From positions 44,960-108,959 of the forward strand of contig JAQGDQ010000709.1 in assembly GCA_030141605.1 (NCBI GenBank): a DNA stretch of 64,000 nucleotides, given 5' to 3'. Position numbers and translations under genes: made by a program. The notes beneath the pieces were generated by a model. The model had not been told where the DNA came from. It ran no database searches and worked only from the letters and a program-made list of their open reading frames with translations. This stretch comes from Tubiluchus corallicola (taxonomy: Eukaryota > Animalia > Priapulida). This document shows, piece after piece, positions 40,838-52,534 of the stretch (position 1 is its first letter; every line of letters starts with the position of its first letter).

Positions 40838-41676
40838 AGTGGACGGTAATAAAGTCACAGGAAAAAAGTCACTATTTTGGCTAGGAAACCAAGTCAGGTA
40901 ATCAAATAAAGTAATTATTCACGTCAGTGACAATTTATTTAAATACCATAGTCATTTAAAATGATAAACAGAAAATACTTTAAATCAGTTATTAACTGGC
41001 AATGTAGGACTTGTACATATTCACAACACTATTTATATGTGATGATATTACATGTGAAAAAATCACGTTTTGTTCAATATCATAGAGTTAAGGTTAGGAG
41101 TTATATACTACGGCCAAATCACGTTGAAAACACCGGTTCTCGTCTGATCACCGAAGTTAGGCAACGTAGAGCCTGATTAGTGCTTGGATGGGTGACCGCC
41201 TAGGAATAGCAGGTGCTGTAGGCTTGCGGGATGCCCACACTGTATCTCGACACTAGGCGGAGGAGCTGTACAAGCAGTCAACGGCTAGAGGGCAGAGGAG
41301 GTCAAGTGACCCAACGGCCATGTGTAGAGGAGTAAACCTTCCAAATCAGGAGTGGAGCCCCGAAGGCGGACCAGTGCAGCATGCTCACTGACTCCGGCAG
41401 CTCCTGCAGCCAACCTAGTGCCAAACGTATCACTCCGCTTTCCTTTGGACTACATCAGGGAGGAAGAGAGGGGGTTCCTGCGGTCTGGGCATCTCAGGAT
41501 TTCCATAAACCTTGCCCAGGCGTGCGCCCTGGAGACGTTCAAGGATCGGACTCTCTTGGCGCACATTCCATTGTCTTCCGAGACAGAAGGATGGCAACAA
41601 CAACAAGGTTGGGAGTATGTCTTTTTGCCCTGGATTCAAGCTTGTGACTTTTCCTGTGACTTTATTACCTGGATTC
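40838..41676. mobile_element. TIR element with 9-bp TSD (Mutator-like MITE) hosting the 5S-SINE
   Basis: GGTAATAAAGTCACAGGAAAAAAGTCAC (40845-) is inverted with GTGACTTTTCCTGTGACTTTATTACC (-41669); flanks GCAGTCTAA (40829-37) / GTAGTCTAA (41677-85). Confidence 0.7.
41106..41604 (+). mobile_element. 5S rRNA-derived SINE (SINE3-type) copy 1: full 120-nt 5S head (41106-41225) + ~380-nt RTE-like body + (CAA)n tail
   Basis: CTACGGCC..ACGTTGAAAACACCGGTTCTCGTCTGATCACCGAAGTTA..GCTTGGATGGGTGACCGCC..GCTGTAGGCTT is 5S. No T-run terminator. 3' hairpin TGTCTTCCGAGACA + CAACAACAACAA. TSD AAGGTTAGGAGT (41090-41101) / AAGGTTGGGAGT (41605-41616). Confidence 0.9.
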
Positions 41677-42989
41677 GTAGTCTAAGAACGTGCTGGTGAT
41701 AACGTTATAGCGCTTAAGCAAAATTAGTCCTAGACACAGACGACCTATGTAAACGGGTTATTGTTTACAGTGGCATTATATGCGGATGAATACTGAATAT
41801 ATGATTCAGAAGATTCGCAAAACGCGTTTGTAAATCCGAGTTTATTGAAACGAAGTAAAAAAAATCGACGCAGATTTTTTTTCTTTTATTGAAATAATAA
41901 TCACGATTAGTTTTCAAAGATTAGCAAAGGAAAATCTCTGGGTTCAGACACGTAGTTTTAATTGAGCCAATTTGGTGATTAAAGTTTATCAAGGCATTAT
42001 TATTCTGATGGCAGCGTGACGTATGTGCGCGAAGTGTTTGTTTTTGTGCAGCGGATTATCACAGCTCCGCCCACTGCCACGCGGACTCCGCCTACCGGCT
42101 GTCTCCGCCTCTCAGCGCCTCGTGCAAGATCGGAAATGAAATCTCGATAAGCAATTATGATTTCTTTGTATAGGTACGACGTTAACTGCGGCTAAATGCT
42201 TGCCTATTAAAAAACCGTGTCAAATGTTTCTAATGAAGCGTTGAAATCACGTGACAACCACGTGCGCATTTTAATGAATATGACAAAAATTATTATTCTC
42301 TAATGAGACGGGGGCGTTTTGTCAGTGCCTTGTACATAATACTTCCAGGTGAATGGTTGGGGTGGGTGGGGGGGGGGGGGGATAGAAGAGTTAGCAATGC
42401 ATTGCTTTGAGCCATCTGGTAAAGGGTTTATACTGAGACTAATTGTTATGCGTGTCTGGATTGTGTAATGTATAATTGGGACTGGCATAATTGCTTGTAA
42501 ATAAGCTTCATTTACAGTAGAATGTTTTCGCTCGGTCATTGTTGTGACAGAGACAATAGCAGGTTGCGCCCAGTCACGTTGTAATTACTGCATCATTAAT
42601 TGTGGAAGCAGCAGCTATAGAAAATACACAAAGCGAAGTAAAGTCAAAGATGTACAAAACCAAGCAAAGTCAAACGAACGTGGTTTGATTTAAACCTGTA
42701 TCGTGTATGCGAAAGCCGAAAAGTCTTTCGTATAAATTGAATGTTCTCACATTTTTTCATAATTTATTTGAAAGCAAGATACTGTTCTTCTGAGACTTGC
42801 CGTGGTCGTAACCGTAAAAGAACTCAAAATACCCATTAAGTCTCAAAATTTTTTTATTTTTCTTTAGAAAGAAGCTTTCGCCCCCCCCCCTCCTCGCGGA
42901 CTTCTTCAGCTGAAATTAAAGGGAAAGTCAAGCCTTCTAGGAAGTTAGGGTTAGTTTAATGTTCGCGAGAAATGTTAGAAGGGTTTAGC

Positions 42990-43825
42990 AATAAAACTGC
43001 AATAAGCGCCTCGTGTAACTAGTAAAGTCACTTTAAAGTCGCGATCAGTTCATGCTTGGGCGCTCCCATTTTCAATGCCCATTCTTCTTCCAATGACGTC
43101 ATTCGTCTTGAAGAAAAGTAACGCACTGTCGACCTTCACCAAAAGTATAATAAGTTTTTAGAGAAAAATTAGATAGCGAATTTTGTAATTTTTTTGCACG
43201 AACAGAGGGTAAGGTGCAGAAAATTGAAATAGTTTAAGCAGCGCTCGTTTACGGAAAACCACGATGTGCTTACGAAAAATCGCGAGGTCTCTCAGTTACG
43301 TCATGATTTTCAAGTGAATGACGGTAACCACCACGCCTGAAAATTTCCGTTTAGATGTAGTATATTGTAGCGGATCTGGGGTCCAGCCGGATCCGTCTTA
43401 AGATGTATAGAGCGGTATACAAGTTATGAAATACCACAGCAGACGAGAAAAGTTATAAGATTCAGAATACGAGTGTATAATAGAGTTTATTTCATAACTC
43501 GTATCTCTAAAAGAATGACATGTGAACAGACTTTTGTATAAAAATTAGCAAGCCTACAGCATTCGCCTTTACAGACAGAAAGGCCAGGTTGGAATCCTCA
43601 CATTACGGCGTGCATTCTGTTTTGTACAGGTACATTTGCATTACTGGGCTTCTCAACCATACTCATTACAAAGATTACTGTTGGTAAAAATCGTCTTCGT
43701 AACAATATTTTAAATATATGCGTTATAGACAATTTTTTGCAAATTTCTTTGCTACATTTTGCTAAGTTTAAGTGATAATATTAGAATAAACCCAATATAC
43801 TGAGTGACTTGTCCTTTCCTTTAAC
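42990..43825. mobile_element. Decayed DNA-transposon-like repeat shared with 63800-64000 and (inverted) with the 35146/37588 repeat; split by a ~360-bp insertion
   Basis: TCGTGTAACTAGTAAAGTCACTTTAAAGT..TGACGTCA..GCACTGT..CAAAAGTATAATAA matches 63838-63965; GTGCTTACGAAAA and CTAAGTTTAAGTGATAA match the reverse of 35300-35430. Confidence 0.6.
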
Positions 43826-44150
43826 ATGATATAGCGTAGATTTTGAGAGATCTTGAAAGATATGTATAGATCTTGAAGGTCTCTTTCAAGATCTCGGCTA
43901 TATCAGGTTGATTCCGTGAGGGACGAAAGATTGCCTGAAAAATAAAGATTTTTTGAGACTTAATAGGTTGGAGGGAATTTTGACAATTCGACACACAATT
44001 TAAATACTCTAACCCTAACCTAAACCGTGACCTTAACGCGAATCCGCTTCAAGAACTAATTTCTCGTGCGCGAGTATTTGGTGGTGGAGTAGACTTACGA
44101 CGTCTCTCTTTCTGTGGGTTAAGTTCATATACAACGTATTCTGCTAAAAT

Positions 44151-44515
44151 TAAGGATGTCACGAAGCTCCGCCAGAATTACGGCTTCGAAACCGAATCTC
44201 ATTCCGGAGCTTTGATTCGATCCGATTCGAATCCTCTAAGTTCTTAGATAGTTTAGATCCGACCCGATTCAGCTTAGACTGCAGAAGCGATTCGGTAGTT
44301 CTTTATCACAAACAATCATACATACAATTTACCTTTAAAATTACTTTGATAATTTAGTCTTGCTTGAAATATTCGCGCCATATTCAGCTTCAACATGTGT
44401 CCAGCTCATGAAATCCTACGTCATTATAATAAATTACATTATTACCCACCACGTTATTATAAATGAGATTTGATTTAGATTCGGATTCGGTAATTTAAGA
44501 TTCGTGACATCCATA
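44151..44515. mobile_element. hAT-like MITE with GATTCG-rich interior
   Basis: TIRs TAAGGATGTCACGAA / TTCGTGACATCCATA. Confidence 0.7.
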
Positions 44516-47500
44516 AGTTAAATCAATGCAACATTTCGATTCCGAAAGTACACATGGAGATAAACTGGTTTAGAATAGTACCAAATGTGTTTAACCATCA
44601 GGTGATTCCTGATACGGGGGATAGACCTCTGGCGTGTGACATACCAGACTGTAGCCAATGGTGTGGTTTATGATGTGTCATGAGCCATTTTTTAACTTTA
44701 TCGGAATTAAGGTAGCGGAGTGTTTCACCGTACATTTGGTTTGCGACTTCAGACGGAGGTACTTGTATGCAGTGAAAGAGGCCTATTTGCTGAGGTACAT
44801 TATCCCAGTTGATAAAGGAGATCTTAGAGACCTTGAATACATCATCGTGTCATGAACACCCCAATGAGTAACCTGCCATGTTTCATGAAGGCTGTCCTTT
44901 AAACACAAAGGCAAGTCTTTGAGAACAGCCTAGACAAGGATATTTTTTGCAATTGTTTTTTATGTACATGTATTAATGTATAACTTTTTATTTTGGCCTA
45001 CACAAAGTCACTTGGAATAATTATAGTAGAGTGTCAGTGCCCAAAGTGCGTCCACATTCTGCACCCACCTGATCAATATGGGTGTAATACTGCGTTTAAC
45101 AAGATTAGCAAAAGAGTAGGCTGTCTATTGTTACCCGCTGTTGCGAAATACATAGCTGAGAAACTAGAGTTAGCATTTTTTAAGTCTTCGGTTTGACCTG
45201 CCACTGAACTAAGAACCTTGAGAAAGAAGAGTACCAAACGCTTCTAGTAGTTTCTATCTGATATAAAATGCATCAGTCTTAAATATTCGTACATTAATAT
45301 CTTCTAACCATCATTTTCTACTAATGTCTAATGTAATCTTGTAGTAAAACTTGTCAGCTTGTGTAGTTATAGCCTATTCTTACTGTAAATGTTTTTGTAA
45401 ATAGTGTCTGTTGTGGTGAGGATCCTAAATCACGTTTTAAACTGTCTCATCCAATCCTATAATAAATTATGTTTAATCTAAGAAGAGTACCACTGGGGTA
45501 ATATAGTTAACACGTATTTTCCATAGCCACACACCTTCCCTTAAAAGCTTTGGAGAATCTTTGTACAACCACCCACACGTGTGTCACCTCCAGCTCCAGC
45601 TGTGTGTGCAGAAGTGGGGCTTCCAGAGACCTAAGAAGAAGCTGTTGATCATAGTATCTTCCCGAACACCACAACTTTCTAAGAACGCTTTGACCACCAC
45701 CCGGACCACCCACCCACACTTATTCATTTTAACTCGTGTTTATTAACAAAACAAATCCTCCCATAGTGCACTCCTTCCTACGTAGTAAGTTCTTCAATTA
45801 GAAGCAGATTCGAGAGATCCGCGTGTTGCTTTTAATGGCAATAAATCTCTTAATTTTAAACTCGTTTCCGGAAAACCCACTTCATTTTGATTACTGCTCA
45901 ACGCCAATGGCTGATTTTCTCCGTGTTTGCGAAACAAATTGACAAGCCATGGCAGTCAGCCATCTAAATTTTCACTCGTAATTTGCACGGCATTCACGTT
46001 TGGTGTCATATTATTGATTTTAATTGAACGGGAAACTGTTAGCAGGCTTCACTCGCCAAACCAGTTTTGATAAGTCAATATTTTTTGAACCGGGGGTGAG
46101 GTATTGCCTGCAATACGACTGCATTATTTGTTTGCGTTTCGCACTCGTACATCCGTAATCATATTGGCTGCCTCAGCTTGGAAAAATATGCACGGAATTG
46201 TGGGATATCGGAATCAGATGGGTGCCTGTTTGTTTTGGCCGGCCCCTGCTTGCGAGTATATGTTTTGATAAGTTATGCTGGTGCTTATTGCATACACACT
46301 TCTAATCGAGTGTTGTGGTTTCACAGGGTGTCAGAATACACAGTTCTGCAATTAATATTACACAGTGTGCAGCTTAAAAAGTAAGAGTATTTACCAAGGA
46401 TATGGTAATCAGCCATATGTTTCTGAAAATGCATGGATAGGCTAATATTTTCCCAATAATTAAAAGTTTGGCTTGAAACATACTGACATTGCAGTCGTTA
46501 CCGTGACTACTGCTTCTCATAGTGTTTTCTAGGACATTCTTAAATCCAGTTCTTTCTTCGGGCTTCTTATCTGCGGAATTTCAGAAAAATTGTTTTCCTG
46601 AAACTACAACCTCACTTATTCAGAAGAATGTCGACCTGATAAGTTTTATTACTAGCAAATTGGTAGTTTTATTACCAGCAAATTGTGGTGATATAAATTC
46701 TATTTTTCTAATCATGTATTTATTTTTCGACATTTTACCATAGCTCATTAGCTTGAGTGCCATCGGCTTGCTTGGGGCACTTTCTATAAAAATATTTTAT
46801 ATGTAAGTTTCTCTGTTTCTTTAAAGGACAAAAATTTCACTCTTCATTAATGAAGCCTAAAATTTCGTCGCGAAATTTTGTATCACTCACTTGCTGTCTC
46901 ATTGCGCAAAGAACTTGTAATAGCAGTAACGCTGTATAAAACTTGTAAATTTAAACTCCCACGATGACGGTTAGGTGCACCCATTTTAACGGTAAGTCGT
47001 TCGACACTAGTTTGCAGCATTTGTAACGGACACTTCACTAACCAAGCAAAGTTTAAATTAACCTTTTTGCCAATAAGATCAATCATGTTTTTTTGGTGAG
47101 CCAATGGTGCACACTGGGATGGTGATGCACCGCCGTTTTGGCCATGTGATGCGTTTACATTTTAAATTATTGGAATTTTTTCTAATTACGTAAGTCTTTC
47201 AAACAAGTAAGTGAAATATTAAATAACATGACTTTGTATGGAAAGTTTTTCGGGTTATACTTACTTTAACTCTATCACACAAATAGCTACTCGTCTTGCC
47301 TTGCCTTAACTTTTCAGCAAAGGATCGCGACGCCTTTGCTTTCCTTATGTGTTAATTATCCTCTCCACCAGGGGGCGACACCCATAACAAGGAGCCAAAG
47401 CAGTGTGAAGAGTGTCTGGGGAACTTAACACTTGTAAGTGTTGGTAAATTACATGAATGGCTTGGAGTTCATTAGTGTGAATAGGGATGGTGAACAGTGC

Positions 47501-47739
47501 TGCTTCAGATGTGTTGATTACCACCGCCCTCCTGTCTGTGTTTATTCAACTCACGCTGCGCCTGTCTTCACACCACTATCAACACACTCTTGCCCGGATG
47601 TTCACCTGCGTGTACGACCAAGAAAACTCTAGGTGTCAGTTAAAATGGGAAAGTTCTCATTCTCATAGGCTCCGTTTATTAGATGGTTTATTGTTTTAAT
47701 GACGATAATGCTGTGTTGGTGTAAAAAACGTGCTTTGTT

Positions 47740-48388
<649 letters not shown>

Positions 48389-49206
48389 GCACATTAAATT
48401 TGTCTAACTGTTACCACCCTTTTATGAACTGTTACCCCAATATGTTGTATCTTATAAGTGTAGGTTAAAGATAATATTAGTAGCCATATGGTAGGGGAAG
48501 TTGGCTCACTTAATTTGAATAGCTCATAAAATTTTAACCACAATCCATCCATCCATCCAGTGCCTAAATCCCTTTTATATCAGGGCGAGTAGCAATGTAT
48601 ATTGTACTACTAGGCTTTTTAAAATAATATGATTTCTACTCGAAAACGCTAAGGCGCACACATATGCTTGCTCTAATGATTCACTATGCTTCTTCTTTTG
48701 ACCATTATGTCCTTCAGTAGGCGGACTGCATAAATTTTTCCCTCTCCAAATAACAACCATCTCAAGCATTCGTCATCAGTTACTTCTTGCCAAGGGACCT
48801 TGTTTCTCATCTGTGTGTAAAATTCACAACTTAATATTATGTGTTCTACAGTTTCAATTGTACGGTCATCTGACCCATTTTGGTTTCTTAGTCCAATTTA
48901 CCCTGGTGTGGTTCTTTGCTGCAAACGTCCACAACTAGTTTGCTTACATTCTTTTGCTCATTACAAAAAACGAATTTTAATTATGCAGTAATCTATTACA
49001 CAGAAGAAATTATTATAATTTGAAGCTGACAAAATTGATTTAGTAAACATTTTAGTTGCAAAATATTTTTGTAGTAAAATTATGTAAAGTTAATTGTGTA
49101 TAATAAGAAGAATCTCCGTATCATAAACAACCCTATAAATGTTAGTAATTTCTTATTAGAAAAACCAACGTTTTTGCTGCATACTAGTCGTGGTCAGGAA
49201 ATATAT

Positions 49207-49768
49207 GTAGGCATCCTTCTGTCTCGGAAGACAATGGAGTGTGCGCCAAGAGAGTCGGTTGTTGATCACATTGGTGGAGCTGCAGCGTCGACTGTGGCTG
49301 AGAAATCCTCTCCAGGGCGCACGCCTGGGCAAGGTGTATGGAGATCCTGAGTTGCCTAGACAACAGCAACCCCCTCTCTTCCTCCCTGGTGTAGTCCAAA
49401 GGAAAGCGGAGCGATACGTTTGGCACCAGGTTGGTTGCAGGAGCTGCCGGAGTCAGTGAGCATGCTGCACTGGTCCGCTTTCAGGGCTCCACTCCTGATT
49501 TGGAAGGTTTACTTCTCTACACATGGCCGTTGGGTCACTTGACCTCCGCCGCCCTCTAGCCGTTGGCTGCTTGTGCAGCTCCTCCGCCTAGTGTCGAGAT
49601 ACAGTGTGGGCATCCTGCAAGCCTACAACATCTGGTATTCCTAGGCGGTCACCCATCCAAGTACTAACCAGGCTCTACGTTGCTTAACTTCGGTGATCGG
49701 ACAAGAACCGGTGTTTTCAACGTGACATGACCGTATCATAGACAGGAGACAGGACAGTTGCCGTAGAC
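49207..49768 (-). mobile_element. 5S rRNA-derived SINE copy 2 (inverted); 5S head ~49619-49738
   Basis: Reverse complement of 41106-41600 with a longer middle segment; TSD CAGGAAATATAT at 49195-49206 and 49768-49779. Confidence 0.9.
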
Positions 49769-51214
49769 AGGAAATATATACATACATATATATATACATA
49801 TACAGATTGATAGTCTGTGGCTAAACTTGTTCACATACTCTAATCCCTGTTCTCACATATTGATATCAGAGATTAGCGACAAGGATTTTTGTCTTTCTTG
49901 TCTGTCTGGGATTATGATTGCCTGTGTTGCTGTTCTTCCGCTACACGGTTTGTGTTTCACTCACTCTGTAAATTTCTACTCTAAACATTCGTTGTTTTGA
50001 AGCCGCGCGCAAACAAAATGCCGTGTTCACTTCTCGTTGAGGGAATTTTTTTGTCGAAATTTACTCAATTTAAATGCACATTTTTTCTGTGAAACCGATT
50101 AGTCGAAATAGGATAAATAGATAGTATTTGAATGATTTTAAGTTGGTATTATTTAATAAAGTCGATACAGTTGTTAAAATAACAACCGCCTGATCTGGTC
50201 TGTGGATACCTGCGGAAGGTCTTTTCAGGAATTAAATTTTTCATAATTTTTCGTGCTTCTGACTAGCAGTTTTGGATTATAATTTACAATTTGTATTTTT
50301 CATAAGGGTCATTCTCTGAAAAATGACCACTTTGCCAATTTTTGTTCAAATAAAAAAAAATTTCAAATTACGTTTTTGAATTGTCTCTTTTCTGAAGAAA
50401 GTAATTACAAACGATCGCTTTGAATGGAAAACATTTCCTATCTTCAGCATTTTCAAACAAACATGCACACACCTGCTACGTTTACTTTGCTAGCAAATCT
50501 AGTCGAATCGTAATTAATACGCCACTCTCGTGCCTTACGCGCCATTATTACCAATTCGAAGTTGTACAAGACGGCCGCTATGCGGCGCGTGAATCGTCTA
50601 TTGTTTCTACTACAGCCTCGCGGGCGATAATGAACATGGAGCACGTATTATCACTGCACTGGCTTGTCAATCATTCGTAGACAAAGACAGAAATCTGATG
50701 CTATCGACAGGGGTCGTCCTGCACACTGAAGCGTCCCGCTGCTTGAATGTGCAGTCAATCTTAACAACTATTATAGTCGTTCATTTTACCCAATTCTTCA
50801 TTTATCAAAGTCACATCTGTTGGGTTCTTAGAGCCAAGCTGCCTGCCTCCTTGGAAAAACAGGCTCCTCTCTTCACGCTTCTAAGGATGAAGTGGGGAAC
50901 GGTTCCTGGCGGAGTTCACACTTATCCAACGTGTGATTCGATGTCTGGACAGATGTATTTTTGCATTCTGAAAGCGCTGAGTCTACTAAAGAAAAGTTTA
51001 GTTCCTCATAAATAATGTTGCTACTTTTTGCAGCATGTAACCTACCAACTGAAATGTTGCGGTTAAGAAATGCTACAGTTTTCGACGTAAAAATTGTAAT
51101 TTTTACATATTAAACATACAGGCAACAGAAGTTCTCACTCCTGTATCAGTATAATTGCAACATGTGGTGCATTTGAAACAAGTATTTAACCAAACTTAAA
51201 CTTGTGTGGCGGGA

Positions 51215-51625
51215 AATCGTCATCATACGTCCAGGGACATGATTCTGTTCACCTCCCTATGTCTGGACTCCCTACTCGCTGTAATATCCCAAGTGCATTT
51301 ATCTCTAAGGACCAGTGTTGAAGTGTTTGAATCTTTCTGTGAAAAATTTAAACATTTTAACATTTGTCCTCCAGCAGGTTTTTTGGCTGGTTCTATGGCT
51401 TGTTGAAGAGCTATCTTCACTGGAATATCATGAGGTAGTCTAAGCGTATATCCAATCCATCTTAGACGACGTCTTGTTCAAGGTTTTTTTCATATAGATC
51501 TTTATTTGAGATTTTCTTTTGCCATCTGATATCCAAAATGTTTCTGCAACTTGGCCTTTGAAACGCATATCAGATATCAGCTTTATGATTTGCTTTTAAT
51601 GTCCAGAGCCCAGAGTTGTACAGAA
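51215..51625 (-). mobile_element. Decayed RTE-clade LINE 3' fragment
   Basis: Minus strand with frameshifts: LWAL..AFQR..RNILDIRWQKKISNKDLY..RRRLRWIGYTLRLPHDIPVKIAL..KKPAGG. Confidence 0.75.
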
Positions 51626-52296
51626 ATACAGTTTCAACTAAGGCTGAGATTATTCCATTTGTGGCGGGAAAGCAGCAAAAAGTTTTGTGTGCATGCTCTC
51701 GATCACCAATCACTAAGTACCTGGTTCAATACTCGTCCTGGGTTCTTCTATTCACCGAGGGAGGATTTTTTTACAGGAGGACGTTCGAGTGGCCGAAATA
51801 TTTTTGCTAGCTTAATGGCTCATTTAGACGGTTAACCATAAAAATGAGGAAGGTTTCGGTCGTGCCACAATCATCATGCTGAGTAGGTGAAGCCATGGAA
51901 TCTGGATTCTGGTTTGCAGTGTGCGGAAGTGATTAAAAATGAACGCTGGACTTGTATGCACGTTCAAAAAGAAGCCAGTTTCGATGGGATTGTTACAAAA
52001 TTGCAGAGCATGTGGATGAAAGTTTGTCTGCTGACTTGGTTTGTAAACTAATGTCACCTATTTTGCTCAACTGTCTCCACTGTTCTTATTCATGCCACCG
52101 GATGGGCATTAAATCCTTGTCCGAATGTATTAACCTGACTGTTAAGCGTTAGACCTAAATTCCTGCTTAAAAGCTTCCTGCTTAGTCTATAGATTGTCAG
52201 CATTAATTGCTGTGTTGCATAAACCTCATACAGCTTACAATATTGAACAAAATAATACATTTCGTTGTATTTCTATAACCTATAAATTCTCTCTTT

Positions 52297-52331
52297 TTGC
52301 TCACTCACTCACGCTCTCTCTCTCTCTCCCC

Positions 52332-52408
<77 letters not shown>

Positions 52409-52476
52409 TCTCTCTCTCTGCCTTTCTCTCTTGCTCTCTCTCTCTTCCTCCCCCCTCTCTCTCTCCCCCTTTCTCT
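52297..52476. repeat. (CT)n microsatellite
   Basis: Direct reading. Confidence 0.95.
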
Positions 52477-52534
52477 GTTTGATGCTAGAATGCATCGTCG
52501 TCAAACTAGACTAGTATCTACACCTTGGAAAATT

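Noticed and set aside
41106-41225. Functional 5S rRNA gene (also 49619-49738)
   Set aside because: No oligo-T terminator, several substitutions, fused to a shared body and flanked by TSDs; it is a SINE head
41352-41699. Protein-coding ORFs in the GC-rich block (and 49096-49459)
   Set aside because: Lie within the SINE body; frames not preserved between the two copies
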